From assembly GCA_051003155.1 (NCBI GenBank), contig JBPCLO010000026.1:1-64000 (forward strand): a stretch of DNA of 64,000 nucleotides, written 5' to 3'. The stretch's first letter is position 1. Every line of letters begins with the position of its first letter. Position numbers and translations under genes: made by a program. This DNA comes from Fimbriimonadales bacterium (GTDB taxonomy: Bacteria > Armatimonadota > Fimbriimonadia > Fimbriimonadales > ATM1). Below the pieces are notes generated by a model. That model searched no databases. It was not told where the DNA came from and saw nothing but the letters and a program-made list of their open reading frames with translations. This document shows, piece by piece, positions 37,440 through 48,827 of the stretch.

Positions 37440-38306
37440 CTAAGGCAATCGGGCGAAAGAGGCCCTGCATGGGCTTCTTTCGCTCGTCGTTATTAACCCG
37501 GCGGCGCTGCCGTCGAAACATATCGCCTCGCCCTGCCTCTCGAATGCAATATCGACGTCAACTGGCTTTGACCTGAACCACCGGTCTAGATTCCCGGTCC
37601 TGAAAGCCATTGCCGTGAAATAGGTCCGGATGATGACGCGGTTGCCCGCTGCGTTGATGTCTCCACCGGTTATCATGTGGCTATAAACGTTGCTGGCATC
37701 AACCTTCATTTCCCCAAGCTTGACCAGTCGATAAGTGCCGCTCTTCTCCGGACGGAGCATCCGATAGATTCCTGATGCTCCATACTCACTCTTTGTGACG
37801 AGTTGGATGTCGCCCTGGGGAGTTACCATCAGAGTCTCGCAATCATGAGCGCCGTCCGGGTAGCGCAATGTGAAAGTCCGAAACCCGTCGATCTGGTGCA
37901 TGCCCGGTCTTGCACGAGGCTCTGGAACGCGATAAACGAGGACACTTTTCCGCCTTTCAGCATTGTCGCCGATGTCGCCGAAGTACAAATATGGCCGTCC
38001 CGCGATTCTGGCCGAGGCCATACCTTCCCAGTCGATCGCACGCACACCTTTGAGGGTAAACGTGCCTAGATCGCGGCCTTTACGGTCGAAAGCATAGAAG
38101 TTCGGGCCGTCGCCGCTATCATTATGGGTCCAATACAGCCCTGCCCTGCGCCTAGAGGCCGCAACCCCGCTGCTTTCGTCGACCTTGTGATTCGCAAGCG
38201 TACATAGTAGCCCGGTCTTTGGGCCGGAAGCCTGGTCCTGGGATTCGTGCGTAATTGCAACGCCAGCGGCGATCACACCAACCGCCCTTAAAAGACCCAA
38301 CCGCAT
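37440..38306 (-). CDS. Secreted beta-propeller-like hypothetical protein
   Basis: ESSGVAAS, WTHNDSG, DWE, GDIGDN, YPDGAHDCE, QGEAI motifs; signal peptide. Confidence 0.75.
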   Translation of the reverse strand: MRLGLLRAVGVIAAGVAITHESQDQASGPKTGLLCTLANHKVDESSGVAASRRRAGLYWTHNDSGDGPNFYAFDRKGRDLGTFTLKGVRAIDWEGMASARIAGRPYLYFGDIGDNAERRKSVLVYRVPEPRARPGMHQIDGFRTFTLRYPDGAHDCETLMVTPQGDIQLVTKSEYGASGIYRMLRPEKSGTYRLVKLGEMKVDASNVYSHMITGGDINAAGNRVIIRTYFTAMAFRTGNLDRWFRSKPVDVDIAFERQGEAICFDGSAAGLITTSERSPCRASFARLP

Positions 38307-38326
38307 CCACTGATTATACCGGCGGC

Positions 38327-38359
38327 AAAAAGGGCCGGCGGTTTTAGCCCCACCGGCCC
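38327..38359 (-). terminator. Rho-independent terminator after the glycoside hydrolase gene
   Basis: GGGCCGG..CCGGCCC hairpin followed by T5 on the minus strand. Confidence 0.7.
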
Positions 38360-38380
38360 CTACAGTCCATCCTTCCCCCT

Positions 38381-40312
38381 TTATAGCTCGATCAATGTCA
38401 TCGAGTATGGCGGGAAGCTATACGAACTTAGCCCGGCGTTCAACGTACGCGAGTTGACGGTTTTGACCACGGTCAGATCCGCGTTAGCTGCATCTTCAGC
38501 CATGCCGTACCGATAGGTAAGGATTGACCCGCTCGGGTTGTAGTTAGAGAATGTAATGACCGCCGGAATCACCCGCTCTCTGGACGAGTTGGTAATCAAC
38601 AGCTTTACTTTTCCGGTGATGACAGATTTACTCGCAATAACCTGTAACAACCCATTGTCGCTGCTCGCCTCAACGAGGCGGTCACCTGGGCGAGCAAATA
38701 GCTTGAGCAGTTTGTACGCGAAGAACACCGGGTAGCGCTCGTTAATCGGAGGTGCGATGTCTGCCGGCCGTGCACGAGACATAATGCCGTAGTCACCGTA
38801 CATACGCCAACCGTACAGGAGTTCGCTCATGTTCCCGCTGGTGTCTGCTTGTTGGTGCAGGTTCCACCAGATGAACCCGTTTCCGCCGAGCTTATTAACC
38901 GCGGTCCACGACTCGATGAGGTACAGCGCGTTGACGATACTGGTCGACTGCTTGCCGGGCAAGAAGAAGTTACTATTATTCTCGCCCATGAAGATCGGCA
39001 CGGTCTCGCCGGGGGCGCCGAGGTACTCACGGAGCAATCTCCGGGCGGGAGGAAGGACATAACCCCACATGTCATTCGATTGCATCAGGAAATTGTCGTT
39101 TTCCGCAAATGGCCCGGTCGGATAGAAGTGCATTTCCATGTAGTCGGGAGTAACGCCGAGTTTCCGCAATTCCGTGTAAAGAACGGGCGTCCAACCGTTT
39201 GTCCACGTGCCAGTGACTGGGTTCTGAACGGTGACTCGCTGAGGGTAAGCGAACTCACTCCACGTTCCGGTTACGCCGATTTTAACGCGAGGATCGACAG
39301 CTTTCATCAGTTCAATGCAGTCCTTTACGAAGGCGGCATATGTGATTGCGTCGTGACGGAATTCGTGCGTGTCATATGACCACGCACCATAATTCTCGTT
39401 GCCGATCGTCCAGTACAGGACGTTGCCACCTTTGAGAATGTTGGCGTAATAAACCCAGTCGCGCGCAAGTTCCGGGGTGCCCGAGCCATAGTTGGCGGCG
39501 ATAATTTTTCCGGACTCGACCTGGTCGGCCACCTTTATGAAGGTGCTCGTATCGACTAGCCCGACTGCGCCGTTCACAACTTCGGTGTTGGTCTGCCAAT
39601 TGTAAACGTTGGCGTTCGTTCCTCCAGGATAGGTCATCATCTTAATTCCGGCTTCGCGCATCCGGTACTTGGTGCTCGCTTCGTCGAACCTTTCGTCCCA
39701 AACGTTGCACGCAATGCCGAACATTTCGTCCCTCAAGGTGCGTAGCGTCTCGTTCGGATTAACGTTGATGGTGGCTGTACTCCCGGTCGTCCTTGTGAGA
39801 CGAATCTCGTCTAGCCAAAAGGTTATGGGCTGAGATCCGATGTTGATGAAGTCGAGCTGGTAAAAGCGGCCGTTGCCGATGCCGAGCAGGTTCTTGTTAA
39901 TGGACACGTAAGTCCACCCGCCGACGTTTTGCGTAGCGTAGTCCGCTAGCACTCTCAGGGGCCCTGTCTGATTGGACATCGTCACCTGGATACCGATAGA
40001 ACTGAAAATGGACGAGTTGCCGCCATGGACCGCAAACTCAACTGCCCGGGCCCCAGTGCATACGGCACCGCCCCACCCGTGTCGAAATCGGAGGAATCTT
40101 GTCGCGGGCAAGGTTGTTGTGATGCTGTACTGATTCGCGTACACGACGTTCGAATCCCGTCCGTGAGTGCCCCCGATGGCCTCCGTTCGGAATACGCCCA
40201 CCTGGTAATCACGAAATACGTCGACGTCGTAGCTGTGGTCTTGGGCCTGCCCAGGCAAGAACGTCAGGGCTCCGGCAATGGCTATCGACAATCCGAGGGA
40301 TTTGCTTCTCAT
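38381..40312 (-). CDS. Secreted clan GH-A glycoside hydrolase (alpha-L-arabinofuranosidase-like)
   Basis: Signal peptide, YPGG..ANVYNW, ANYGSGTP, YWTIGNE (acid/base), HFYP, GENN (nucleophile), C-terminal PPYSMT. Alternative start at 40369. Confidence 0.8.
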   Translation of the reverse strand: MRSKSLGLSIAIAGALTFLPGQAQDHSYDVDVFRDYQVGVFRTEAIGGTHGRDSNVVYANQYSITTTLPATRFLRFRHGWGGAVCTGARAVEFAVHGGNSSIFSSIGIQVTMSNQTGPLRVLADYATQNVGGWTYVSINKNLLGIGNGRFYQLDFINIGSQPITFWLDEIRLTRTTGSTATINVNPNETLRTLRDEMFGIACNVWDERFDEASTKYRMREAGIKMMTYPGGTNANVYNWQTNTEVVNGAVGLVDTSTFIKVADQVESGKIIAANYGSGTPELARDWVYYANILKGGNVLYWTIGNENYGAWSYDTHEFRHDAITYAAFVKDCIELMKAVDPRVKIGVTGTWSEFAYPQRVTVQNPVTGTWTNGWTPVLYTELRKLGVTPDYMEMHFYPTGPFAENDNFLMQSNDMWGYVLPPARRLLREYLGAPGETVPIFMGENNSNFFLPGKQSTSIVNALYLIESWTAVNKLGGNGFIWWNLHQQADTSGNMSELLYGWRMYGDYGIMSRARPADIAPPINERYPVFFAYKLLKLFARPGDRLVEASSDNGLLQVIASKSVITGKVKLLITNSSRERVIPAVITFSNYNPSGSILTYRYGMAEDAANADLTVVKTVNSRTLNAGLSSYSFPPYSMTLIEL

Positions 40313-40413
40313 TGTCGAGGTTTGGTGAGCAAATGCAAAACTATAACGATCAAGGCTAATCATGCTCATCTCCTTTCTTTGGCTATGATACTACTTTTTA
40401 CTCCTTTGGCGAA

Positions 40414-43283
<2,870 letters not shown>

Positions 43284-44096
43284 CTATTTTATACGTTCGA
43301 GGGTTGCCGTAACCGAGCCTTTCGCCTTGGAGAAGCCGAACGGATAATTCTTCCCTTCCAACCACAGGTCCGCGCTCATGATGACATTGGCGGATTCGAG
43401 TCTGCCGTCGCTGCGGCTCACCTTCAGGCGGCCGTCTACCAAGATGTGGCCTTTCAAACGTAGGGCGGGATCTTCCGGGTGCTTCACCGCCTGGTCCACG
43501 TCGTGGCTCGCCCTCAACGAGAAAGAGTACAAGCCCTTGCTCGACGGATATTCGGAACCGTTAAAAACGAACGACAGCGGCAATGTGAATCTGCCGATCG
43601 GATCGTCTTCCAGGAACGCTTGCGCCGGAAACTCGAAGGTCTGAGTGAATTCGTCGCCGATCTTCATCGATGCCGCCGGAGATATCGGAACCCATGCAAT
43701 CGGCCACAGGGGAGCATTAAGCTGCGTGGGTAAGATCACGGCGCCCTTCAGAGTGTAGCTGGATGGGCCGGCGACCACCTGAGTCCAAACTCCCTTAAGC
43801 GCGAGCTTTGCCTGGGCAGAACCGGCGCCCTTCTCAACCTTCGTAACCTTTAGCTTGTCGGTAAGCCCGACAACGACCCACTTGGAACCGCGATTCTCCG
43901 TCTTGAGAACGTATGTCCCCGTTATCTGGACCTGTCTGGTCGGTGGGGCGTCGATTGCCCCCACATAGGTGCTTAACACCTCGCCATTAAACTTGTACTC
44001 GACTATGGAAGGCTGGCGTTTGTAGACAACCGAATGACCGTCTTGGGCGGCTCCAGAGGCGGCGGCCAGTATTGTTAGCTGTACCCAAAACATCAC
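43284..44096 (-). CDS. Secreted hypothetical beta-rich protein
   Basis: Signal peptide; 270-aa ORF ending 6 nt before ligA. Confidence 0.65.
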   Translation of the reverse strand: MMFWVQLTILAAASGAAQDGHSVVYKRQPSIVEYKFNGEVLSTYVGAIDAPPTRQVQITGTYVLKTENRGSKWVVVGLTDKLKVTKVEKGAGSAQAKLALKGVWTQVVAGPSSYTLKGAVILPTQLNAPLWPIAWVPISPAASMKIGDEFTQTFEFPAQAFLEDDPIGRFTLPLSFVFNGSEYPSSKGLYSFSLRASHDVDQAVKHPEDPALRLKGHILVDGRLKVSRSDGRLESANVIMSADLWLEGKNYPFGFSKAKGSVTATLERIK

Positions 44097-44231
44097 TCTA
44101 AGACATTACGCTCAACACAACGCGGCGTTTCCAAATCGTGCCCCGGCCATTACGGGGGATTACATTGTTCGAGCCAAGGCTTGACCTTGCAAACCGGCGG
44201 CAGGGATGGCTCGAAGGATACTCGCCTCAAT

Positions 44232-45211
44232 TTAACGGTAAGCGAATCTTCCACCGAGAGGCCATCGGCATCCGTTACTCTTACACTTATTTTCTGCTCT
44301 GCTCTGCTCTGCTCGCTTGGCGTCTTCGGCTAGGCTAAAGCCGATCGTCGTAGTCACGCTGTTCTGGCTAACTACGAGTCCGTCGGACTCCCACACAATG
44401 CTTACGGGCCGCCTGAGGTCGTTCAGAAGGACGACGTATTCAGAGCTAGCGTCTGTCTCCCCTGGACCGAAGGCAATACCGTCCTCGCCAACGATCCGGG
44501 CACGCGGCGTCCGATCGACAAGGACGAGGAAACCGCCGGCGAACAGCCCTCCCGAGTGAACGTTTACCCCCGAATAAGAAGCGACGATCTTGTTGCCCCC
44601 GCGAATCATAATTTCGCCCGGGAGTAGTGACGCAGCCGCCACTCCCGCCCCGCCTTTGTTTCCGGGCGGCCGTTTGCCCCTAATCGCCAATTCCTGTAGA
44701 AGGAACGGGACGCCACCTATAAACCAGTTCCAAGCCGCCCGCTGCACCTGGCGGTGGTGGAGTCCCTTCCCTTCCGCGTCGGATGAAGGAGGAGTTCACG
44801 AATATTCCATAGAGCTCGCCGGGATTAACGAGGTTCAGCCTGGCCAGCCCTCTGTCGCGCGCCGCGTCGGTGTTCGTGCCGGTAGATGGCCGCATCCATA
44901 TTCCGATTCGGCCGCTTCGCAGCTGTAGCGAACGTCTGCCCCGAACCCGAATGATTCCGGACTGCAGCGATCACTTCTGCTTTAACTTCCAGCCCGGGCG
45001 GTGCGCCAGGCGTATCCTCCAAGCACGGCAGAACTTGGCCGACGTCCGGAACGCTAACGGGCGGAGGCGGCAGTGGCGTTGGATCCTCGTCCGGGTCAGG
45101 CTCTGGCCCGCCGTCATCGAGGGGCCGAAGCATGATGCCATGGCTCCCCATTAGCCGAGCGTCTTCCGGCGTTTGTGGGGAGATGCTCACTTCATCCGAA
45201 TACTTGTCCAT
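44232..45211 (-). pseudogene. Interrupted hypothetical gene (Pro/Asp linker, Ig/PKD-like tail)
   Basis: GGAGG RBS and ATG 45211; PEPDPDEDPTPLPPPP; ORF broken near 44750-44830; (GCTCT)n microsatellite near 44296. Confidence 0.4.
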
Positions 45212-45290
45212 CGAACCCTCCTATGAATCGCCTCGCAATAATCATTGTATGCGACGAAGGGTTGGGGGTCGATGCTGATGGGCCCTTCGC

Positions 45291-46712
45291 CTACTTAATC
45301 GGCTTCTGCTTCACGTTGCCGAGGCCCTTTTCGGCCATGAGCTTCTCGACTTCCACCACGCTTCTGGGGCAGCCGATTGATAGGTTTATGGGATCGCCTG
45401 CGGTGACGACGATGTCGTCTTCGATCCGAACGCCGATGTTCCACCACTTCTCGTCGCACGGGCTGCCGGCTTTGATATAGATGCCCGGCTCGACCGTGAG
45501 CACCGCCCCGGGCGCGAGCGTCCCGGGCATCGGGTCGTGCACATCGAGGCCGATACCGTGGCCGAAGCCGTGCATGTAGTATCTGCCCAGCTCGTTCGGA
45601 TTCTTAGTGATGCCAAGCTCGATGAGCCCCGTTGCAAGCACTTGGCTGCACTTCTGACCAATCTCGCCCGTCGTCACGCCCGAGCGGCACGCGTCGATGC
45701 CCGCCTGTTGAGATTTGAGCACGAGCTCATAGATCGCGCGCTGTTCCTTCGAAAACTTGCCGTTGATCGGGAAGCTGCGGGTCACATCCGCCGAGTAGCC
45801 GTGGTACTCGCCGGCCGTATCCATGCACATGATGTCGCCCGACTTCATCAGGCGCCGGTTCGTGTTGTAGTGGAGGATCGTGGAGTTTGGCCCCGAGCCG
45901 CATATCGGTGGGTAGCCCGTGTACTCGCACCCCTCCCGGGCGAAAATGTACGATACGAGCGCGCTGATCTCCCACTCGCGCATCTCCGGTTCGATGCTTC
46001 GTAGCGCCTCGATGTGAGCACGGGCGGAGATCTCCGCCGCCTTCTTGAGAAGCGCGATCTCGGCGGGCGATTTGATCTCGCGGAGCTTCGTCACGATCCG
46101 GCTCACCCGCTGCAGGTCGTCGAATCCCGAGTCCGTGCGCCAGGCCCGGTACGCGTTGTGCATCTGACCCATCGTCCCCCGAATGCCCTCCTCGATGTTG
46201 GCGACACCGACCTTCCTGCCGGTTGCGGCCGCGGCGATCGACGGCAGAACGGCGGTGAACTCTGTGTTCGGCAAGGCGGCTTCCATGGCGAGAAGCGCCT
46301 CTGTGTTCTCCGGCCCCATGCGATAGCCCAGCCAAGTTTCGGACATCGAATTGGCTACATTGACGAAAAGAACCTCGGTCACACGCCGGCCCTTGACCTC
46401 CACGCCGTCCGGGATCATCACCAGGGCAGCGTCGGGCTCCTCGAACCCGGTCAGATAGAGGAAGTTGGAGTCGCCGCGGAACTGGAAGTCCACGTCGTTG
46501 TTGCGATTGCGCTCGGGGTTCGTAAAGAACACGGCGAAGGTTCCCGGGCCCAACGCGGCTTTGACCTTCTCGCGTCGCTGCTTATACTCCGCCGGCCAAA
46601 TCTTGTCCGTCTCGAAGACAGGGTAGCCGGGTTTCTGCGCCGACGCGCAGCTGACGAGCAATGTACCGAGTAGGAATAGATGGGCCTTACGCATGATCAT
46701 TGGACACAACAT
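45291..46712 (-). CDS. pepP: Xaa-Pro aminopeptidase (M24B), probably exported
   Basis: FRGDSNFLYLTG, LHY, D.AGEY.GYSADVTR, HGFGHGIGLDVHD, EPGIY, GVRIEDD; N-terminal signal. Confidence 0.92.
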   Translation of the reverse strand: MLCPMIMRKAHLFLLGTLLVSCASAQKPGYPVFETDKIWPAEYKQRREKVKAALGPGTFAVFFTNPERNRNNDVDFQFRGDSNFLYLTGFEEPDAALVMIPDGVEVKGRRVTEVLFVNVANSMSETWLGYRMGPENTEALLAMEAALPNTEFTAVLPSIAAAATGRKVGVANIEEGIRGTMGQMHNAYRAWRTDSGFDDLQRVSRIVTKLREIKSPAEIALLKKAAEISARAHIEALRSIEPEMREWEISALVSYIFAREGCEYTGYPPICGSGPNSTILHYNTNRRLMKSGDIMCMDTAGEYHGYSADVTRSFPINGKFSKEQRAIYELVLKSQQAGIDACRSGVTTGEIGQKCSQVLATGLIELGITKNPNELGRYYMHGFGHGIGLDVHDPMPGTLAPGAVLTVEPGIYIKAGSPCDEKWWNIGVRIEDDIVVTAGDPINLSIGCPRSVVEVEKLMAEKGLGNVKQKPIK

Positions 46713-46820
46713 ATTTTCCCATTATCGCGCGTTTCGAACGGCGGCTGCCTGCGCCTCCGGCATCACGAGACTGCGCCTCCGGCATCGCGAGTACCAGCGG
46801 GAGTAGACTTTCGTCTTTCG

Positions 46821-47384
46821 ATGGTTGCGGAAGATAATCGAAAGGTCGTATACGTCCTGGGCGGAACGCAAGGCGAGGAGAGAAAGTGCGAGAACGTCGC
46901 CTACTATCACCGTGCAGACCGTCTGCGCGAGGCAGTCGAGCGCCGAGGATTTGAGAGCGAGGTCATATATAGCCGCCGATCCGGCGGCGACAACTCTGTT
47001 GTAATGCGCATGCTGCGTAGCGGCTGGGTCAGGTACAAGTTCTCGGATCACCGAGCGGTATACGCAGCATCTCATGACGATGCCGTGAGGTATAAGAACG
47101 GCGCGACTCCGACGAAATTGCCCGAATCGCTGGCCCTCGGCCGACCTATTCTGAGCGGGGATGCTTACGATACGGCAGGACTTATTCGGCAACTGAGCGT
47201 CGGCTGGGTTGTCGGCAATACGGCGGACGGGGTGGCCGAAGGCATGAATCGGCTTGCCGGAACACCCTCCGCCGAAATTGCGGAGATGGGTAGGCGCGCC
47301 AGATCGGAGGCCGAAAGACACTACGGCTGGGGGACAGTGGGCCAAATCTTTGCGGAAGCTTTAGCCGAGGCTACAAAATTCTGA
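46821..47384 (+). pseudogene. Internally deleted GT4-type glycosyltransferase
   Basis: Only the C-terminal PTKLPESLALGRPIL..EMGRRAR..AERHYGW is recognisable; 187 aa, about half the normal length. Confidence 0.6.
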
Positions 47385-47493
47385 CCGCCAAGCGAACCCA
47401 CTCCCCTCAATGTTAGCGATAAGTCAGGCAATGTCCACCAGCTCTGGCTCGGAGAAGACGGCAAGGCATTCTCTGTTCCGGCCCGGATGTCGA

Positions 47494-48216
47494 TCAGCCT
47501 CGCCGAAAACCGACCGAGTAAACCGCCGGCACCGCAATATCGATGATCGGCCATGCCAACAGGGGGACGAGTACTACGGCAGGAACGCGTTTGCCGTACT
47601 TAAAACGAAAATAGTCGGCAGTGATGTTATGCGTATCACCATCGACGTGCTTTTTCATAAGCCCGTCCAATTCTCGTTGCGAAAATCCGGCGTGCGCGCC
47701 CAGTTCGTTTCTGAAACGACCTCGCAAGCGGTCGCGATAGTCCTGCAGGTTCCACTTAATCTTTTGAGCACGCGTCGCTGAAAACGAGCCGATATACCCG
47801 ACGACTCGATGGCGGTTCGGCGTGCCGACATATAAAGCGCCACCGTGTCTAAGGACACGAACTGCCTCGGATAAATGCTTGTTGGGATCACCGACATGTT
47901 CGATTACATGATGCGAGAATATGGCATCGAAGGTTTCGTTTTGGTAAGGTAGATCCAGCGCAGATCCTTCGATCAACTCGAGGCCCGGGCGAGAGCGGGC
48001 GCGCGCAACTTCGGGCAGTTCGATGTCGATTCCTTTGACGTTGCAGGCCAGCCGTTTGGCGAGGAACTCTCCCTCATGCGCCTCGCCGCATCCGGTTACC
48101 AGGAGGTTCGCAACCTTGAGGTTCGGTCGAAGCCGTTCCATGACGCTGATCATATGCTCGGCACCTGCGTGGGTCTCCTTGGTGGTGTATTCCGTTGTGT
48201 GCGCCGCAGACTCCAT
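47494..48216 (-). CDS. Class I SAM-dependent methyltransferase
   Basis: LVTGCGEAHE, GIDIE, GSALDLPY..ETFD, HVIEHV, RVLRHGG..GTPN. Confidence 0.85.
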   Translation of the reverse strand: MESAAHTTEYTTKETHAGAEHMISVMERLRPNLKVANLLVTGCGEAHEGEFLAKRLACNVKGIDIELPEVARARSRPGLELIEGSALDLPYQNETFDAIFSHHVIEHVGDPNKHLSEAVRVLRHGGALYVGTPNRHRVVGYIGSFSATRAQKIKWNLQDYRDRLRGRFRNELGAHAGFSQRELDGLMKKHVDGDTHNITADYFRFKYGKRVPAVVLVPLLAWPIIDIAVPAVYSVGFRRG

Positions 48217-48243
48217 AGTGCATATTGTAATCGAACCCCCCTG

Positions 48244-48347
48244 TCAGCCGCGCGTCAGCCAGCCTACATCCTTCAAAGTTCTGATACTCCTGCCATATCG
48301 ATTCCCATATCGATGCCGTAGCCGACGACGAACTCATTCGGGATTTT
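48244..48347 (-). pseudogene. hpt: 3' remnant of hypoxanthine phosphoribosyltransferase
   Basis: KIPNEFVVGYGID motif followed by a CCATATCGAT duplication and frameshifts. Confidence 0.7.
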
Positions 48348-48827
48348 GCGAAGCCAGTTGGTGAACATGCAGCCTTCGAAGGAGCGAGCCTCGTCCCATA
48401 AGTGTTTCTGGTTACGCGAGGGTAGTTTTACCTTGAGCCTGGAACCTTCAAGCGCTGCCTATACTCTTCCTCATAGGCCGGGGTAAGGTCGTGGTCTTCG
48501 GCGGTTAGCTCGTCGGAAGCGGCTGGGACCCCTTCGGCTTGCTTCTTCGGTTCATCCGCGTTCCGTAAAGGGGGGCGGGGATGCGCTCGATGTTCCCCGT
48601 TCCTCGGTCTATCGCAAGTCCGTACGAAAGACCCACCCTGAGACTCTTTTCGAAGTTCGCGGAGATAGCGATGATGATATTGGGCTACGGCTACCGCAGT
48701 ACGTTTAACTCGCGCGGAGCGGCTATGCGATCAATCGGTTCGGGTTCGCAAGGCTATAGGTGACGCTTTGTCTTTTAGGGCGTCTGGAACGGCTCTAACC
48801 TACGCTCGCTGACACAAATGGGCGGAC

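Noticed and set aside
48350..48820. tmRNA, RNase P or other ncRNA downstream of topA
   Set aside because: No diagnostic termini or conserved motifs were found.
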